Source of the DNA: Octopus vulgaris
Taxonomy: Eukaryota
Length of the DNA stretch: 64,000 nt
Reading direction: 5' to 3'
Assembly (NCBI GenBank): GCA_951406725.2
Contig: OX597824.1
Coordinates: 1,426,001-1,490,000, forward strand
A program made the position numbers and the translations under genes. The notes under the pieces were generated by a model, which saw nothing but the letters and a program-made list of their open reading frames with translations, was not told the origin of the DNA and searched no databases. Shown here piece by piece: positions 14,733 to 29,569 of this stretch; the stretch's first letter is position 1; the number at the start of each line of letters is the position of its first letter.

Positions 14733-16059
14733 CATACATATATATGTATATATATGTGTGTATATATATATATATACATATGCCTGTTTGCCTGTTTATA
14801 TGCGTAATGTATGTATTTACGAACGTTACATTTAAGAAGATTTTAACTGGAAATATGATATATTTGAAGAAATAACACTACATAAATAAACACAGGCCGT
14901 TCGATTACAAAATATGAGATTTTGTTATGAATTTATGCCCGATTGTAAATGTCAGCTTTTCTTTCTCACAGCATCATATGACTATTACAAATTCGCTCGT
15001 CTGTATTTAGTCAAGTAGACATAGATGTTGGAATTGCTAGTCGGAGACAGTTGTATAAATTTTAAAGAAAACAACTTTGGAACCGGATACTAGAGAACTT
15101 ATCAAACTGAAGCTGCAAGTTTATTTTGACATCGATAATCCACAAAAACTTTAAGACTATCCTCCGATCTCCCATAACAACAGTGTCCACCGTGTTGTTT
15201 CGAAAATTTATTTTTTATCTTTGTTACAAAGTTATTAAAACGATCGAACGCCGAATGCAGACAGTAGCCATTACAAGGATTATATTATACTAATCTCAGT
15301 AACTCGATCCCTTGATGTCAAATGAGACTAATCACCCGCACACACACACACACAGGCGCGCGCGCGCACACACAATATTACTTTCTCAAAATCTTAAGTC
15401 TTTCTCTAATATTTAATTTCATTATACGACAGAGAAACTCAGTAAAGCATTTCAATTCTAGTATTCTTATCTTACTCTCATTATTTTAAAAGACTATATT
15501 GATTTCAGTTTCTCAGCATTGAATTTACTCGGCTCACTAATGCAATACCATTCCGATGTCATTATTCCTATGGGCATCAAAAAATGATAAAATTCTTCAT
15601 AAAATATGACGTCGCAGATGAGAGGTGAACAAAAAAGTCAGCGAATATTGTAGCAACATGTCTCGTCATTCTCTCTGGTAGACACAATATTTATCTCAAT
15701 GTCTAAACGTTGATGTATACAATACTTCTAGACATTGGCTAGAGTCACGTAGTCATAGCGGAATGGAAAAAAAGATGAATGAATACGTAAATCTTATTGT
15801 ACATGCGCATTACAGAAGTTTGAGAAATAGGATCCGGGCCACACATTTATAGGTGTTGGACACAGACGATGAGCATAATGTATATGTAAATATTCGTGTA
15901 CGTGTACAAAAGAATGTATAAAATTATAGACACACATTGTCTATTTGTAGTCATTTTAGGGATTCAGTGTTAAGAAACATTATTTGGATATATTATATTC
16001 AGTCTGCAGAAGAAATATATGTATACATATATACATACATACATGTGTGTGTATGCGTA

Positions 16060-16370
16060 TGTGTGTGACCATAAAAGGTCAACCTTTGCATGTAATAACC
16101 TAATTTATGTTCTCAAATGTAGTGGGTGTGATGGGGACTATATAGTTCACGCTAGCTTAAGGGACAGACTGAAGGTACAATGGCAACAAATCCGGGTCCC
16201 CACGACGAGGAAAATTCTCGTAAGCAAACAATTAGATCAATGCCTAGCGGACATACATCCGAAATACCAAATTTTCCTTCTCTATCAATGCACTGGAAAC
16301 ACTTCAACCATATCCGATTGAAAAAGGAGAGCATGCCCATTAAGAAAACACAAAACCGCGACTAGATATC
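16060..16370 (+). mobile_element. Penelope-like GIY-YIG endonuclease remnant
   Basis: NLIYVLKCSGCDGDYI...LRDRLKVQWQQIR...VSKQLDQC...YQIFLLY. Confidence 0.75.
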
Positions 16371-16968
16371 CTATAAAAGCGCATCAAAATGAGAAAGCCC
16401 AATTTTTCCCATAAAAAAAGACTAGAAACAAACGATATAATTTAAAAATTTTAAGTAACTACCTCCCCCATGATTTCGAAATCCCAACACCAAATTACTA
16501 TACAATAGCACCATATGCCTTCTTAAATACCAGTTGCTAACGTCACCGAAGACAACATTTTTTCTCTGGCCAGAACCGGACTCTCAGTAAAAAAAATAAA
16601 TTACGTAATCTGTACAAGGAAGTCAACCAATCAGAACGCTGAACTTTACCAAAACAAGATATTTCGTCTAAAACGGAAAATATTTTTCATCAGAATAAAA
16701 TGACGTCATGAAACCTACAACCAATCAGAACTTGTTCCTTAACTATGGCCGTCAATAGGTAACCAATCAACCAACCAACCAACCAACCAACAATCAAAAT
16801 ACTAGATTTTTCCAAAGAAATATTTTGATTAAAACGTCCACGAGAAAAAGGATAAGACGTCATCAAAATTATAACCAACCAAAGATTAGATCCTGTTACA
16901 TAAAAGCATATATATACTGGGATGTACTCGCATAGCAAGTGATTTGATCTGAGATCGTGTGCTGAAAC

Positions 16969-17185
16969 GAAAACAATTGCAGCGTGGAAGGTGTTTGTAA
17001 GCCATTTAAGAAACACACAAAAGCCGTTCGATTCACTTCAACATTTTAGTTTAATTTGTCAAAATATTTTCGTCGCTAAAATCCGCGACATGTTCACTGA
17101 CAAAAATCCGTGCTGCATCTCGAGATGCGGCTTTTGTGTGTTTCTTAAATGGCTTACAAACACCTTCCACGCTGCAATTGTTTTC
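16969..17185. repeat. Perfect 58-bp inverted repeat with a 101-bp spacer
   Basis: gaaaacaattgcagcgtggaaggtgtttgtaagccatttaagaaacacacaaaagccg (16969-17026) is the exact reverse complement of 17128-17185. Confidence 0.95.
17055..17104 (-). ncRNA. Minimal type-I hammerhead motif, G3:C8 variant, intact core
   Basis: tttgtca-GTGAACA-t-gtcgc(ggatttta)gcgac-GAAA-atat-TT-tgacaaa: 7-bp stem I, 5-bp stem II, palindromic stem III. Confidence 0.75.
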
Positions 17186-17733
17186 ATATATCTACTAAAA
17201 GACCCAAAGTACTTCCAACTCCAACAATCCGTGAAAGGAGACACCAGTGCACTGAAACTGAAAATGCGAGGAAAAATCTACTCGCACCACGACAAAAAAT
17301 GTAAAAAAGACTTTTCTTTCTTTTCCCCCACCTTTTTTTGTCTCTCTCCTCCACTTGCTTTATAAAAACTCAACATGACTGAACTTTCCATAGTGTACAT
17401 TTGTTATGATCTTTGCCAAGTATTTACATTGTTATTGCTAGCTTTCCCTGAGATATTCATTGAAATTTATGTTTACATTTGAACATTTGATGGTTTAAAC
17501 ATGTTTGTCTGTTTGTCCAAACCTTGTAACTTAAAACTCTCCTAAAATCTACTTTTATATATTTGTAACATTCATGAGCAAAAAATTGTCAAAATTCGTC
17601 TGGATTGTGAATCAGTCTATTTAAAAATGGCTGCACGTATTTTAAATTGAGGAGCATTTTCAAACCCCAAAACAATATTTTTTCCTGTGCGAGAATACAC
17701 TTCTTCTTTCCATATATATTTATACATAGAAAG

Positions 17734-17812
<79 letters not shown>

Positions 17813-18737
17813 CACAACACATACAGACACATATATAAATATCTGTTCATACGTCAAGTGATAAGAAAATCAATTTACTATTTAAATGGAAGAATTACTA
17901 TATGCGTTTCGCAGACTACTTTGGAGAGGGATAGCAAACACACACACACACACGCATTCATATAAATTTCCGTGTTGTGTACTATTTATTTTTATTGACC
18001 ACAATATACAAAGCGGCCAGAGGGATTTTACGTGGCTATAGGATGTAATCTTCCGGCTCAAATGCGGAATTAATTGGAGCCTGTCGATATGAAACGAGGC
18101 TAACTAATATTTAACGAAGCTAGACAAAGCGACACCTAGTAACAACCTCCAAATTAATGAAACTGTACGTAAGGAAATATCAGTTATACACGTACACACG
18201 CCCACACATATACACAAATAAATATACACATACACACATATGCAACCATGAGCATACACTCATTTATGCATGTGTATGTCTGCAGGGCTGTTTCAGCTGT
18301 ATGTATTTGTACACATACATTCATACATACACCCATACGGAGAAAATATATAAATACATACATACACATATTCATAATTAAACACTCACACACACACGCG
18401 AACGCATACATATCATATCATATTTAATTCTGTAAACACACCCTTAGACGCACGCATATGTACATATTTAGACACACACACATAGGGAGAGAGTATCAAG
18501 CTCATAGCAGATACAGAGTGTTACAAGCATGAAATAAAAGAAAAATTGAAATTTCATTCCTGATTCCATTATATATAAAATAATTATCGAATACATACAT
18601 ACATACATGTATATATCTAAAATAAGGCACCAAAATTTCATTCAGTTGCATTTCTATGTATGTATGTATGTATGTATGTATGTATGTATGTATGTATGTA
18701 TGTATGTATGTATGTATGTATCTGTCTGTTTAACTAA

Positions 18738-18806
<69 letters not shown>

Positions 18807-18809
18807 CTG

Positions 18810-18860
<51 letters not shown>

Positions 18861-18866
18861 GTCTAA

Positions 18867-18908
<42 letters not shown>

Positions 18909-21664
18909 CTCTATATATATATATCGCTGTTAATCTTTATCAATTAATGTATTTCGTCTATGCACAAATACACGCACGCAGACATGCACACACAAATGCA
19001 CTTACACCCCCCACACCCACACTCAAATAAATATGATAACGGTCATATGTTAATTTTTGTGTTCACGCGACGCTTAGGTCATGCTCCATTTCACTTAAAC
19101 TTTACACTACTAAAATATAAACATAACTTCATAGCATTTTCATATTTTATTTCCTTTTTTCTAATGAATTCATTTATTTTTGTCCGTTTATTTTCGTTGC
19201 ATGGAAAATATTTCTGACGTCATTCATATTTTGGTTTTCCACTTAAAATCATTTATTTTTAACGTTCAGAATCTTATTTCTTTGCAGGATTTCTATTCTC
19301 TTCTAAATGATTGGTTCTGTTTTTTTAATTTTGGAGTTTGTTAATACTTGATAACAGCGTATTATGAGCCCGTTATGAAATTTAAATGCAAATTCCATCA
19401 TGGCGATTTCTATATATTCAATATAATAGTGAAATACTAGACTTGTCCCTGCCATATGATGGCTAAACTTAGAAGCATACTGTTGTGACCTTGGACAATG
19501 TCAGAAAATATGGCAAACATACGATAAACATGATGTAATCTTTCACAAATGTTTATTACTATTAAATAAATTAAATAAAAGTCAGTGACGCACAAATTCA
19601 TTCTGCTGATGTTCCTGCAAATTCGAACGTAAATATGCTAATCGCTGTTGTATTTTGTCCACGCAGAACTCCATATTTCTCATTTATATGACTTCTCTCT
19701 CTCTCTCTCGTCGACTCTATGATTATTGCTCTCTCACTCTTTGTGTGTGTGTGTGCGCGCGCATGCGCGCGTGAGGAAATGTGGTGGCGTTCTTTCACAC
19801 ATTGCGTGTCACCAAGCCTAGTATGTGCCCTCATCTTTCATCTCAGCCCCTCTGATGTTAACTCTAAATTTTACTTTCATTCTGTGCCTTTTGCTAATCG
19901 ATGAAAAGCCTGACTGGAAATACCAACCAACCAATCAAATAAGAAAACATTTATAGCGTCCACCATTACATAGAGATAATAACTATGTTTACCTTGGACA
20001 CCAAGAATTTGCCAAAAGAAAACGAGTCGGAACCGGAGACTGTATATTCGGCTGCAAGAAATGCTGGTATATTGCCTTAACATACATTATATACTCTGCT
20101 AACCACTTTGCATACCCTGCTAACATACCTTGCTAACTACTTTACTAAAATATTTGTTTCTGGTAATTCAGTTAAATCTAAACACTTTTAAACTTGTCTG
20201 CATCCAGACACAAAAGCTCATCAACGTGAGATCAAATGCAGCGCATGTTATATGGAGTTTAAAATAATTCTGGCCTTGTAGATTAAAGGTAAAAATATGA
20301 AATAATGATAGTTAGCACATGTGAACCTAATTAATTAAAGGTGCACTAAGGCGCTAGGCAGTCTTCAATGAAACATAGATGAGTCCAATTATATTTAACA
20401 TACTCATGTACACTCAGACACGGAAAGACATTCGCTGCAATTATTGTCGTGATGAACGCTGCTCCATTGTGCTTCTAATTAATATACTAATTAATTACCT
20501 CACGACAAAGCTTTGTGCACTTCATCAAATGTAACATTTGCTCTTCTAATACGAGAACAACGAGTTCTTTGTGGTTTTAAAGGACGACTCGGTATCTGTT
20601 GCTGACGAAGCGTAACGACCCAGAAACACACACGTCCTATGGCCCGATGTCATCCTTCAAAGTTTAAAAATATATTTTTCACACATATTACCTATAGAGA
20701 GAATTTATTATTATGGTTACAAATGTTGTCACTTATATCTTTCGGTGTCCGGATCCATAGGTGCGATTACGCGCACCTATATTTATGAACTAATGTTTCT
20801 AAGTCAACTACTCACTGGTAAAAATGTGGCTGCCTCTATCACCTATCACTCGGTAGTCGCTGGGTAATTGAGGTGAAGCTCGTAATATTCCTGTTCCAGG
20901 AGACGCGGAGAATTATGTAGCTTATGCTGCTAATACGGATTATGTTATTCCATTATTGAATCAGACTTAATCTGCCATAGATTAGGAATTGAGAAAACAA
21001 CATTTAAAAGGAATAGGCAAAATTTTGACTGGGTAGTTTGAAAATGTTAACGAACATATAAAATATTTTAATAACAACAATTATAGTCGAGAGTCGTAAT
21101 GCATGCGTTAAAATAGCGACTATCGTGTCCGGTTTTCAATATTATGATACTTAAGTTCTTATTTCATATCACAAAACAACAATGAAGGTGAGATTACTAT
21201 CCTAACTCTAAACAACAAGGCAATATCAGCGAACAGGTTATTGAATATTGCTTCTTAACGTCATGGAAAAGAGCCAAGAAAATTTGACCTCTGCACATAT
21301 TAAACATCGAAGCCAAATTTTAGTGTTGTGTGCTATAATTCTTAGGCCGTAATATTGCTTTAATACACATTGGCACAGAACTGATCACCATTAAGAAAAT
21401 GGCGGAAAACAATAAAAAACAAAAAAAAAAAAATGGTAGGAACCTTACATGATCTTAGAGAAGTAAAGAGAGCAGAAAATATTTCTAGTTCATTCTCTTG
21501 ACAGACGGCAACTAACGAAATTGTGCAGTAATCATAAATCTTAAACGAAACGAACGTGAATTGCTCCCGCCTCCAGCAATTCAGATATATGATCGTGGAG
21601 TTTTGGATGAATAAATGGTGTAAATGTAATTACAAATGGACACACACGCACACGCACACGCACA

Positions 21665-21720
<56 letters not shown>

Positions 21721-22065
21721 TATACGCACATACATGCACGCGTATATAAGTACAAACACAGTAAGACAAAGCATTAACAAGCACATTGTTACTAATAAAT
21801 TTATGAAAAACAAAACTCAGTCAATCATCAGACAAGAACACCGACGTTCCTCGAAGGCAAGTCAAGGCTTGCTTCTGTTGTACGCACGCACGCACACACA
21901 CACACACACACATGTATGTATGTATATATACTCACCTATACAGGTACACTCGCGTGCATGAACTTACACTCTGGGGTGACTGCATCATCAAATATCATAG
22001 CAAAATTATATTGCGCTATGTTATCAACGAAATTTTGGTACGGCTGCTCTATCAAACCAAGAAAA

Positions 22066-22100
<35 letters not shown>

Positions 22101-22592
22101 GTGTGTGAGTGTGTGTGTTTATGCTTCTGTTGTCTGTTTGTCACCATCCCTATTCCTTGACAAGCGGCCATGGTTTGTTTACGATCCAGACACCTAGCGT
22201 TTCCATAAAAGACTTAAACAGAATAAATAACAAACATTAAACAAAAAACGATCTCGGGGTCGATTTTCTTGACTACAACCGCCGAAACGATGCTGCAGCA
22301 TGTCCGCGTTCCGGTGACTAAAATAAGAGATATCTGTGACATGTTTCAGTGCGGCCAATTTTGAATCAAATGATGCTCTTATCTCGCAGCAGTGGTACGG
22401 TTGAAATGCTACCTTAGAGGAAGTGGTGAAATGTCACCTTTGCTGTGATGTCGACTTTAAAGAGACATACACTCATAGGTGGTAATTTATCATCAATTGG
22501 ACTCGCGGAGATTCCAGAGAACGGAAATGATTCAGTGAAGCTAATTAAGAAAGTAACGGTGACTTTTACTTTTATTTTTATTTTGCTAAGTT

Positions 22593-23116
22593 CTTTTCTA
22601 CTCTAGGCACATGGCCGGAAAATTTAGGGGAGTGGGTCCAGTCGATTAGATCGACTCCATTACGCACCTGGTACTTAATTCATTGACCCTGAAAGGATGA
22701 AAGGCAAAGTCGACTTCGGCGGAATTTGAACTCAGAACGTAAAGACAGACGAAATACCGCTCGGCGTGCTAACGTTTCTTATTTATTGCCTACAGAGGAC
22801 TAAACTTAGAGGGGACAAACAAGGTCGATTACTTCGATCCCAGTGCGCAACTGGTACTTAATTTATCGACCCCGAAAGGATGAATGGCAAAGTCGACCTC
22901 GGCAGAATTTGAACTCAGAACCTAACGGCAGACGAAATATCGCTAAGCATTTCGCCCGGCGTGCTAACGTTTCTGCCAGCTCACCGCCTTTAATAGTATC
23001 ATTTCCTAATTTTTGAGGCGTGGGGTCACTCGATGAGATCGACCCCAGTACGCAACTGGTACTTAATTTATCGACCCCGAAATGATGAAAGGCAAAGTCT
23101 GCCAGCTCGCCGCCCT
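22593..23116 (-). mobile_element. Composite/nested family B SINE (three units)
   Basis: Three copies of ctggtacttaatt...cgaccccgaaa(g)gatgaaaggcaaagtc between direct repeats ttttgctaagtt (22581-22592, 23117-23128). Confidence 0.85.
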
Positions 23117-23411
23117 TTTTGCTAAGTTAATTCATTTCCAATCACAATAAATCTTCTGATTTTGAAATTTCCCTCTGCTAAGCACTTTATGTTTCCCTCT
23201 TTCTCTCTCCCTCTTCAACAAACTTCTCCTCTTCGTGTCTTTAACATTTCTCTCTTTCTCTTCATCTCTCACTTCCACTAATTGCACGAGTGATAGCGTA
23301 ATACATATGCTCTCTCCCTCTCATTCACACATTCCCTCACACTACCTCCTCCTCTTCCTCTCCCACAAACTAAAGCGTAAAGTGTGAACGAACAAGTAGA
23401 AGAATAATATA

Positions 23412-23644
23412 TATTTCTTTACTACCCACAAGGGGCTAAACACAGAGGGGACAAACAAGGACAGACAAACGGATTAAGTCGATTACATCGACCCCAGTGC
23501 GTAACTGGTACTTAATTTATCGACCCCGAAAGGATGAAAGGCAAAGTCGACCTCGGCGGAATTTGAACTCAGAACGTAACGACAGACGAAATACGGCTAC
23601 GCATTTCGCCCGGCGCGCTAACGTTTCTGCCAGTTCGCCGCCTT
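23412..23644 (-). mobile_element. Full-length tRNA-derived SINE (family B) with TSD
   Basis: Head ggcggcgaactggcagaaacgttagc...gagttcaaattcc; central gcctttcatcctttcggggtcgataaattaagtaccag; TSD agtagaagaataatata (23395-23411, 23645-23661). Confidence 0.92.
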
Positions 23645-23878
23645 AGTAGAAGAATAATATAGATTTAGTTCAATAAAAGCGTTCTTTTCACCACCACCAG
23701 CACCAGCACCACCACCACCACTACCACCACTACCACCAGCACCACCACCTTATTATACATCTTTCTATATTTCTTCCTCACTTCTTTTTTCTCCACTCAC
23801 ACTCAGTCCCCCTCTCCACCCTTCTAACTAACTAAAATATAACGGGCGAACGAGCAAGCAGATTATTGTGTCGAATCG

Positions 23879-23917
<39 letters not shown>

Positions 23918-25021
23918 GTTGCTGCTGCTGCTACTGCGGCTACTGCTGCTACCACTGCTGCTGCTGTATCAAATTTAGTTCATTCTGATATAAATCCCAG
24001 ACGCATTGTTTATTTTTCAAATTTCTTTTATGTATGTATTTATTTATTTCATTTTTATTTATTTGTATTGCTGGATTGTGTTTGGAAGCGACCCAGGGAG
24101 GGATTAGAAAGAGGGAAAGTACGATAAACAGCGAGATGGAGAAAAACCTTCAAATATTATTAAAAGAATATTACAGGCGCGTTAACGGTTTGTTAGTAAT
24201 TAGAACTTTGATTGACTTCTTATCAACTATGACACTCGTGTTCAGATGAAATATCATTCTTAATTAGAAATAGCTGATAATTTTGCTAGGAAGAATTTTG
24301 ATTCTTGATATCAAGCAATTAAGAAAATATCAATCTGTGAATTTCATGCGTGAGGTGCAATCTTGTAAATTCAATTGAGTGGTTTTTCTTTTTTTAAGAA
24401 ATTTCCACGTGTTTTTTTTTTCTTTACCGATATTAATTCGATATTTCCTCCAATTATTCATTTCCCCTAGTTCTGATTTTGTTTCTGTTGTTTCTTTTTT
24501 TTTTTTTTTTGGACGAAGACCGCTGTAAATTAAAAACTTAGAAAACAAATTCCAACCGATTGTAGTTATTACTTCTTTCTCTACACTGGAAAGATGAAAG
24601 ACAACGCTATGTAGAGATAGAAATATAAAAAAAGCAGTGTTTCTGCTCAACCACTTTGCATGTAAATTCTACGAGCAAGTTGTTCCGTTGATCGAACTAG
24701 CAGAGATACTCGTTACTCAACCAAATGTGTGCCCAGACAAAAATTAGTAGCCATTTGGTGAGTTGGTAGAATCATTAGTCTGCTGGATATTTTGCTTGCG
24801 ACTTTCTCCTCCGTCTTTGGAGTCGGAGTTCAAATTCCGTTGAGGTCAACTTTGCCTTTAATCATTCTAGAATCGATAAAATAATAACTAGTTGAAGACT
24901 GGGGTAATCGAAATCCCTCCCCATCAAAAGTTTAGGCCTTGTGCATCTAGTATGAAGCATTATCAAAGATAAATGTTTTGGCTACTCATCAGCCTGTTTT
25001 CTTTTACTGAGAGGGAATACC

Positions 25022-25255
25022 TTTTTCTTTACTACCCACAAGGGGCTAAACACAGAAGGGACAAACAAGGACAAACAAACGGATTAAGTCGATTAGATCG
25101 ACCCCAGTGCGTAACTGGTACTTATTTAATCGACCCCGAAAGGATGAAAGGCAAAGTCGACCGCGGCGGAATTTGAACTCAGAACGTAACGGCAGACGAA
25201 ATACTGCGAAGCATTTCGCCCGGCGTGCTAACGTTTCTGCCAGCCCCTCGCCGCC
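25022..25255 (-). mobile_element. Full-length family B SINE with TSD
   Basis: Near-identical to 23412-23644; TSD ttactgagagggaatacc (25004-25021, 25256-25273). Confidence 0.92.
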
Positions 25256-28094
25256 TTACTGAGAGGGAATACCAGCCTCATATTTAGTTTCTAGCTCGCA
25301 ACACATCGTCGTATATTTTTTTCTTATTATACTTCCTAAATGCGAAAGCGAGGGCCGGCAGAATCGTTGGAGCATTGGAAAAATACTTTGTAATATTTGT
25401 TCTATCTGTTCACATACATTCTGAGTTCAAGATCCACCGACGGCACCGTTGCTTTTATACTTTCGGAGTTGATAAAATATAACACGGCCGACTATATGTC
25501 TCCTCTCAAAATTGTTGGTTTCGCGCTAAATTTAATCATTATATTTCCTTAAATATTTTATATCGATGTAAGACCACCCTTGTTCTTGTAGACCACCCTT
25601 ATTCTTGGATGTTTCGTATATTCTCTTAAGCGGGTTGAAATATTTATCGGTAAATATATAACAATGTTGCACTTCAAGTTATAAATGTCAGCTGAAAATA
25701 AGAAAAATGTTATAACTTTATATGTTGTGATTTTCCGGAAAGAAATAAAAAAACACTCAAATATTTTACTTTCTTTTGTAGACACCATAGTCGTATAAGT
25801 GAAAGATGACCGAACGAATTTCGCACGAACTTTCAATTGCCTCAGAAATTATTTTCTGATAGTAACACATTAAACTTCTTCTTAGGAACCTACTTTTCGT
25901 TTTCGTCTCTTCAGAGAGCATCTATCAGATAAAGGTTATTCATATAAATGAGAAACATGTTATTATTAAGCAGCTTCATGTGGTTATCTATTTAATCAAT
26001 AACTTATTCATTCGTACAATCTATTAGTTATGGTGTTCAGTCATTTATTCATTCTGCTGAGGAAATTCTGCACCCCCCCTTTCTGTCTTTTTTCTCTTCC
26101 GTTTTTAATATCATCGAAGACAACTAGAAAATATCTCTAATGTTGTCAAAATATCGAACATATTAAAATAATCATAGCAACTGAAGCTTGCTCGTGTATT
26201 TCATATCACCTATAAAATAGTTATCTGTTTAAGATGTGAACTGAAATGTTAAATTTTATACCATATCAATTTCTGCCTATGAGAGGCAATATCAAAGAAG
26301 TTATAATGTCGAGGTGTAAAACATATGAAAATATAAAAGGAAAAAATCATGTAAATGGAAATACAGCAAGACTTAGTCACGCTACCACTTTCAGAATGGA
26401 GTTACAATGAGCTTCTTCATAAACAAAATTTCCTTTAGTGTGTTCGTGTTAGCTAATATGGAAGAATAAATTTATAATAAATTATAAGGTAAATAATTTA
26501 ATCTAGTATTCATTGCAAAGTAATAGTGTGATCAGATTAACTAACACGAGAGAAAATAACTTGATACAAATACAGACATGATATTTATTCAATCATTTCT
26601 CTCCCCTCCCCATATATATATATATATATATATATAGTATGTGTGTGTGTGTTTGCCATGTTTGTGACTATCAGTCTATCTCCTGACCTACACTTCCAGC
26701 GTATACACTTCCCTAAAAATATTTCCTTTTTCCAAAATCCCAAAGCACCATTAAATCTTCTTAGACATATTCAAATTATCTTCTCTTATATTCAAAGGCT
26801 CCCATCCGATCTGAACCGCTACAGACCACCCGCTACTTGCACATAAAATATATAAGTTTGTCCTTTCCCAGATATTTAAACTTCACTTCACCATCTATAG
26901 CTGTACATGCTATCCATGCTACTATTTAAATTCAAAATTCACTCCAAAATACAGCGAAGCGCATGTATAAGTTCAAATATCTTGCACAAAATACCTCTCT
27001 CGTGAGACTATCAGTAATCTTATACTCTCTGGAGCAAAGTGTTTTTTTCCCAATTTCTTTCCCAGCTGAATGTGTCCGACCAGTAATAAATCATAAAGCA
27101 TAACTCTTTCTCGGGGGTGGGGGTAGTGGTGGTCGAGGGAGGCGGTATTTTCCTTCGTGCCTCCCTAACCTTTAACATCCACGAGTTGCTTGCTTGCAGC
27201 CAAAAAGCCTCACCTGAAAACTGCACTGAATCCATGAACAGTTGTTTTAAAATATAGCTACAAGTAGAATGATGTTGATCTCATCTTTATCAACGCCAAA
27301 ACCAAATATCTAGATTGCAATATTTAAACATCTTAAACATGAACATACAATCAAAATCCTTAACGTCGCTACAAACGGTGACTCCTGACATTCTCAACTT
27401 CGCAAAAACTGCGTCGCAAAGTTTGGTCTCCCTCTTCAGACGATGAAACCATTTCAGCTTCTGAAAATCACAAATCCTATGCAAAGCTCAAGTGAACCAC
27501 AACGGGGTCTACTGCTACTATATCAGGCATGGTACTGCATATGCAGACAGTTTACACCAAAAAGGACTCCCTTAAATTATTTGGTATGAATTCGCTCGCA
27601 ATCACACTCAGACTCTTCTTCTACCTTTCTACTGATGTTACACTGGCCCCTACTTCTCGAAACTTGCAAGTTTATTGTCATTTCGTCCAAAGTCACTTAT
27701 ACTGTGCCACTTCTTTCACCTCAGCCATTCTTCCTTATCAGTACGTTGGTCTTACATTCCTAAATACGTTTTATTGTTTAGTACCAATCTTGCCCTTCTC
27801 AAGGTTAATAGGCATTCTAGAAGTGATAATTTTTCTTTATGTTTATTTAGCATATTAAAGTATCGAATGAATCCTTCCTCTGTATATACATGGACTGATC
27901 TGAGGGAGGTTAGATACTGTCGAATAATTATGAAGAAATTCCTTATTTTGCCTCGTTTCTTCTCGTGTTTTTGGTCACCAAATTGCAACTGAGGCGAACA
28001 TCAAATATTATGATTTCTTTTGTCATGGAGAATCTGCAAAACCCATGGCCGCAACTCATTCCGCCAAGGTAAATCTAACTACATATATATTCTT

Positions 28095-28460
28095 TTATTC
28101 TTTTATTTGTTTCAGTCATTTGACTGCGCCATGCTGGAGCACCGCCTTTAGTCGAACAAATCGACTACAGGACATATTGTTTGTAAGCCTAGTATTTATT
28201 CAATCAGTCTCTTTTGCCGAACCGGGGACGTAAACACACCAGTATCGGTTGTTAAGCGATGGTAGTGGGAGGACAAACACAGACACAAACACATACATAT
28301 ATATGTATATATATGACGGGCTTCTTTCAGTTTGCGTCAATCAAATCCATTCACAAGGCATTGGCCTGTCTGGAGATATAGTAGAAGACATTTGCCCAAG
28401 GTACCACGCAGTGAGACTGAACCCGGAACTATGTGGTTGGTGAGCAAGCTACTTACCACG
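28095..28460 (-). mobile_element. Family A SINE
   Basis: Aligns by eye with 4085-4492 (gtttcagtcatttgactgcg, gggcttctttcagttt, gactgaacccggaac). Confidence 0.85.
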
Positions 28461-29425
28461 ACCCATGAAATTCAATCTCTCAATACATGATTGGTACTTT
28501 ATTTTATAGAACTTGGAAGTAAGAAACGCAAAGTTGATCATGATTTGATTTAAACTTAGACCGTATTAAACCGGAACAAAATACTGTCAGCCACTTTGTT
28601 CAAAGTTAATGCTTCCGCCGATCAACCGCTGTATTCAAGCAGTCAAAGATAGGTAAAGAAGCTCGTTTTTATATTAGAAAGAGAATTTGAAATAGGGACA
28701 CAGTAACAGAAAGCATGTCTCCTTAGGCTGTCTTCAAACTGTTATGCGCAATCCAACTCTTTGCAAAGATAAACAATCATCTCTTGAGACATTTGCAATT
28801 ATAATCCCCGTCTTTTGGAATAAGAAGCTTAAAGTGTTTCTCAGGTATTCGGTGGACTATTGCATTTCTAATATTGAAAGAAACAGAAGCAATCTATGCA
28901 AATGTCAAACAACTTAAAACGATGGCCGACAAGCAATCGCTCACATAGACAAGCCATTCCCCGCAAGCAATGAACTCTTCAATCATTCTGAAAACAAAGA
29001 AGTCATTCAGGGTGACATGGTCTCCTGTAATTGTTATTGATAAACCTAATTATTCATTCACAATTCTTTCTTTTGATTCTGTAATCATGAACAGTTTCAA
29101 CGAATATATAACATTCTATGGATAGTTACTCATCTGGCCTGAAGCTAATATCAAAAACAATTTACCAAGTCCGTTCTTAGTTTAACTAATAATATTTAAT
29201 TAATCATCGGCGAAGCGCTGCGCAGTCGCCGCTCAATCTTCTAGATATAGCAACCAAATCTCTCATAAGTCTCATTCTGCTGAAATACTTGTCAAAGCAG
29301 AAATGCCCCTGCACTGGGATGTGTGAGTATTATCACTGGCATGTGGGGTTAGGGGTTACTTCAGATTGGAGCGTAACTAGCATGCATTAAACTACTTGCC
29401 ATAAAGTTTTAATTTAAACATCCTA

Positions 29426-29480
<55 letters not shown>

Positions 29481-29516
29481 GTACATATATGTATTATATA
29501 CATATATATACATATA

Positions 29517-29569
<53 letters not shown>

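Noticed and set aside
16540-16600. Minus-strand FWPEK.. resembling the mGluR post-TM7 P-EKN motif
   Set aside because: No preceding hydrophobic TM7 or PK-YII, and the frame continues KKCC.
16650-16700. Minus-strand ctgatga...gaaa
   Set aside because: No closing stem II or stem I.
20598-20645. ctgacga...gaaa...gtc hammerhead-like spacing
   Set aside because: Stems I and II do not pair.
27290-27760. Possible ancient LINE RT C-terminal remnant
   Set aside because: No motif could be read with enough confidence.
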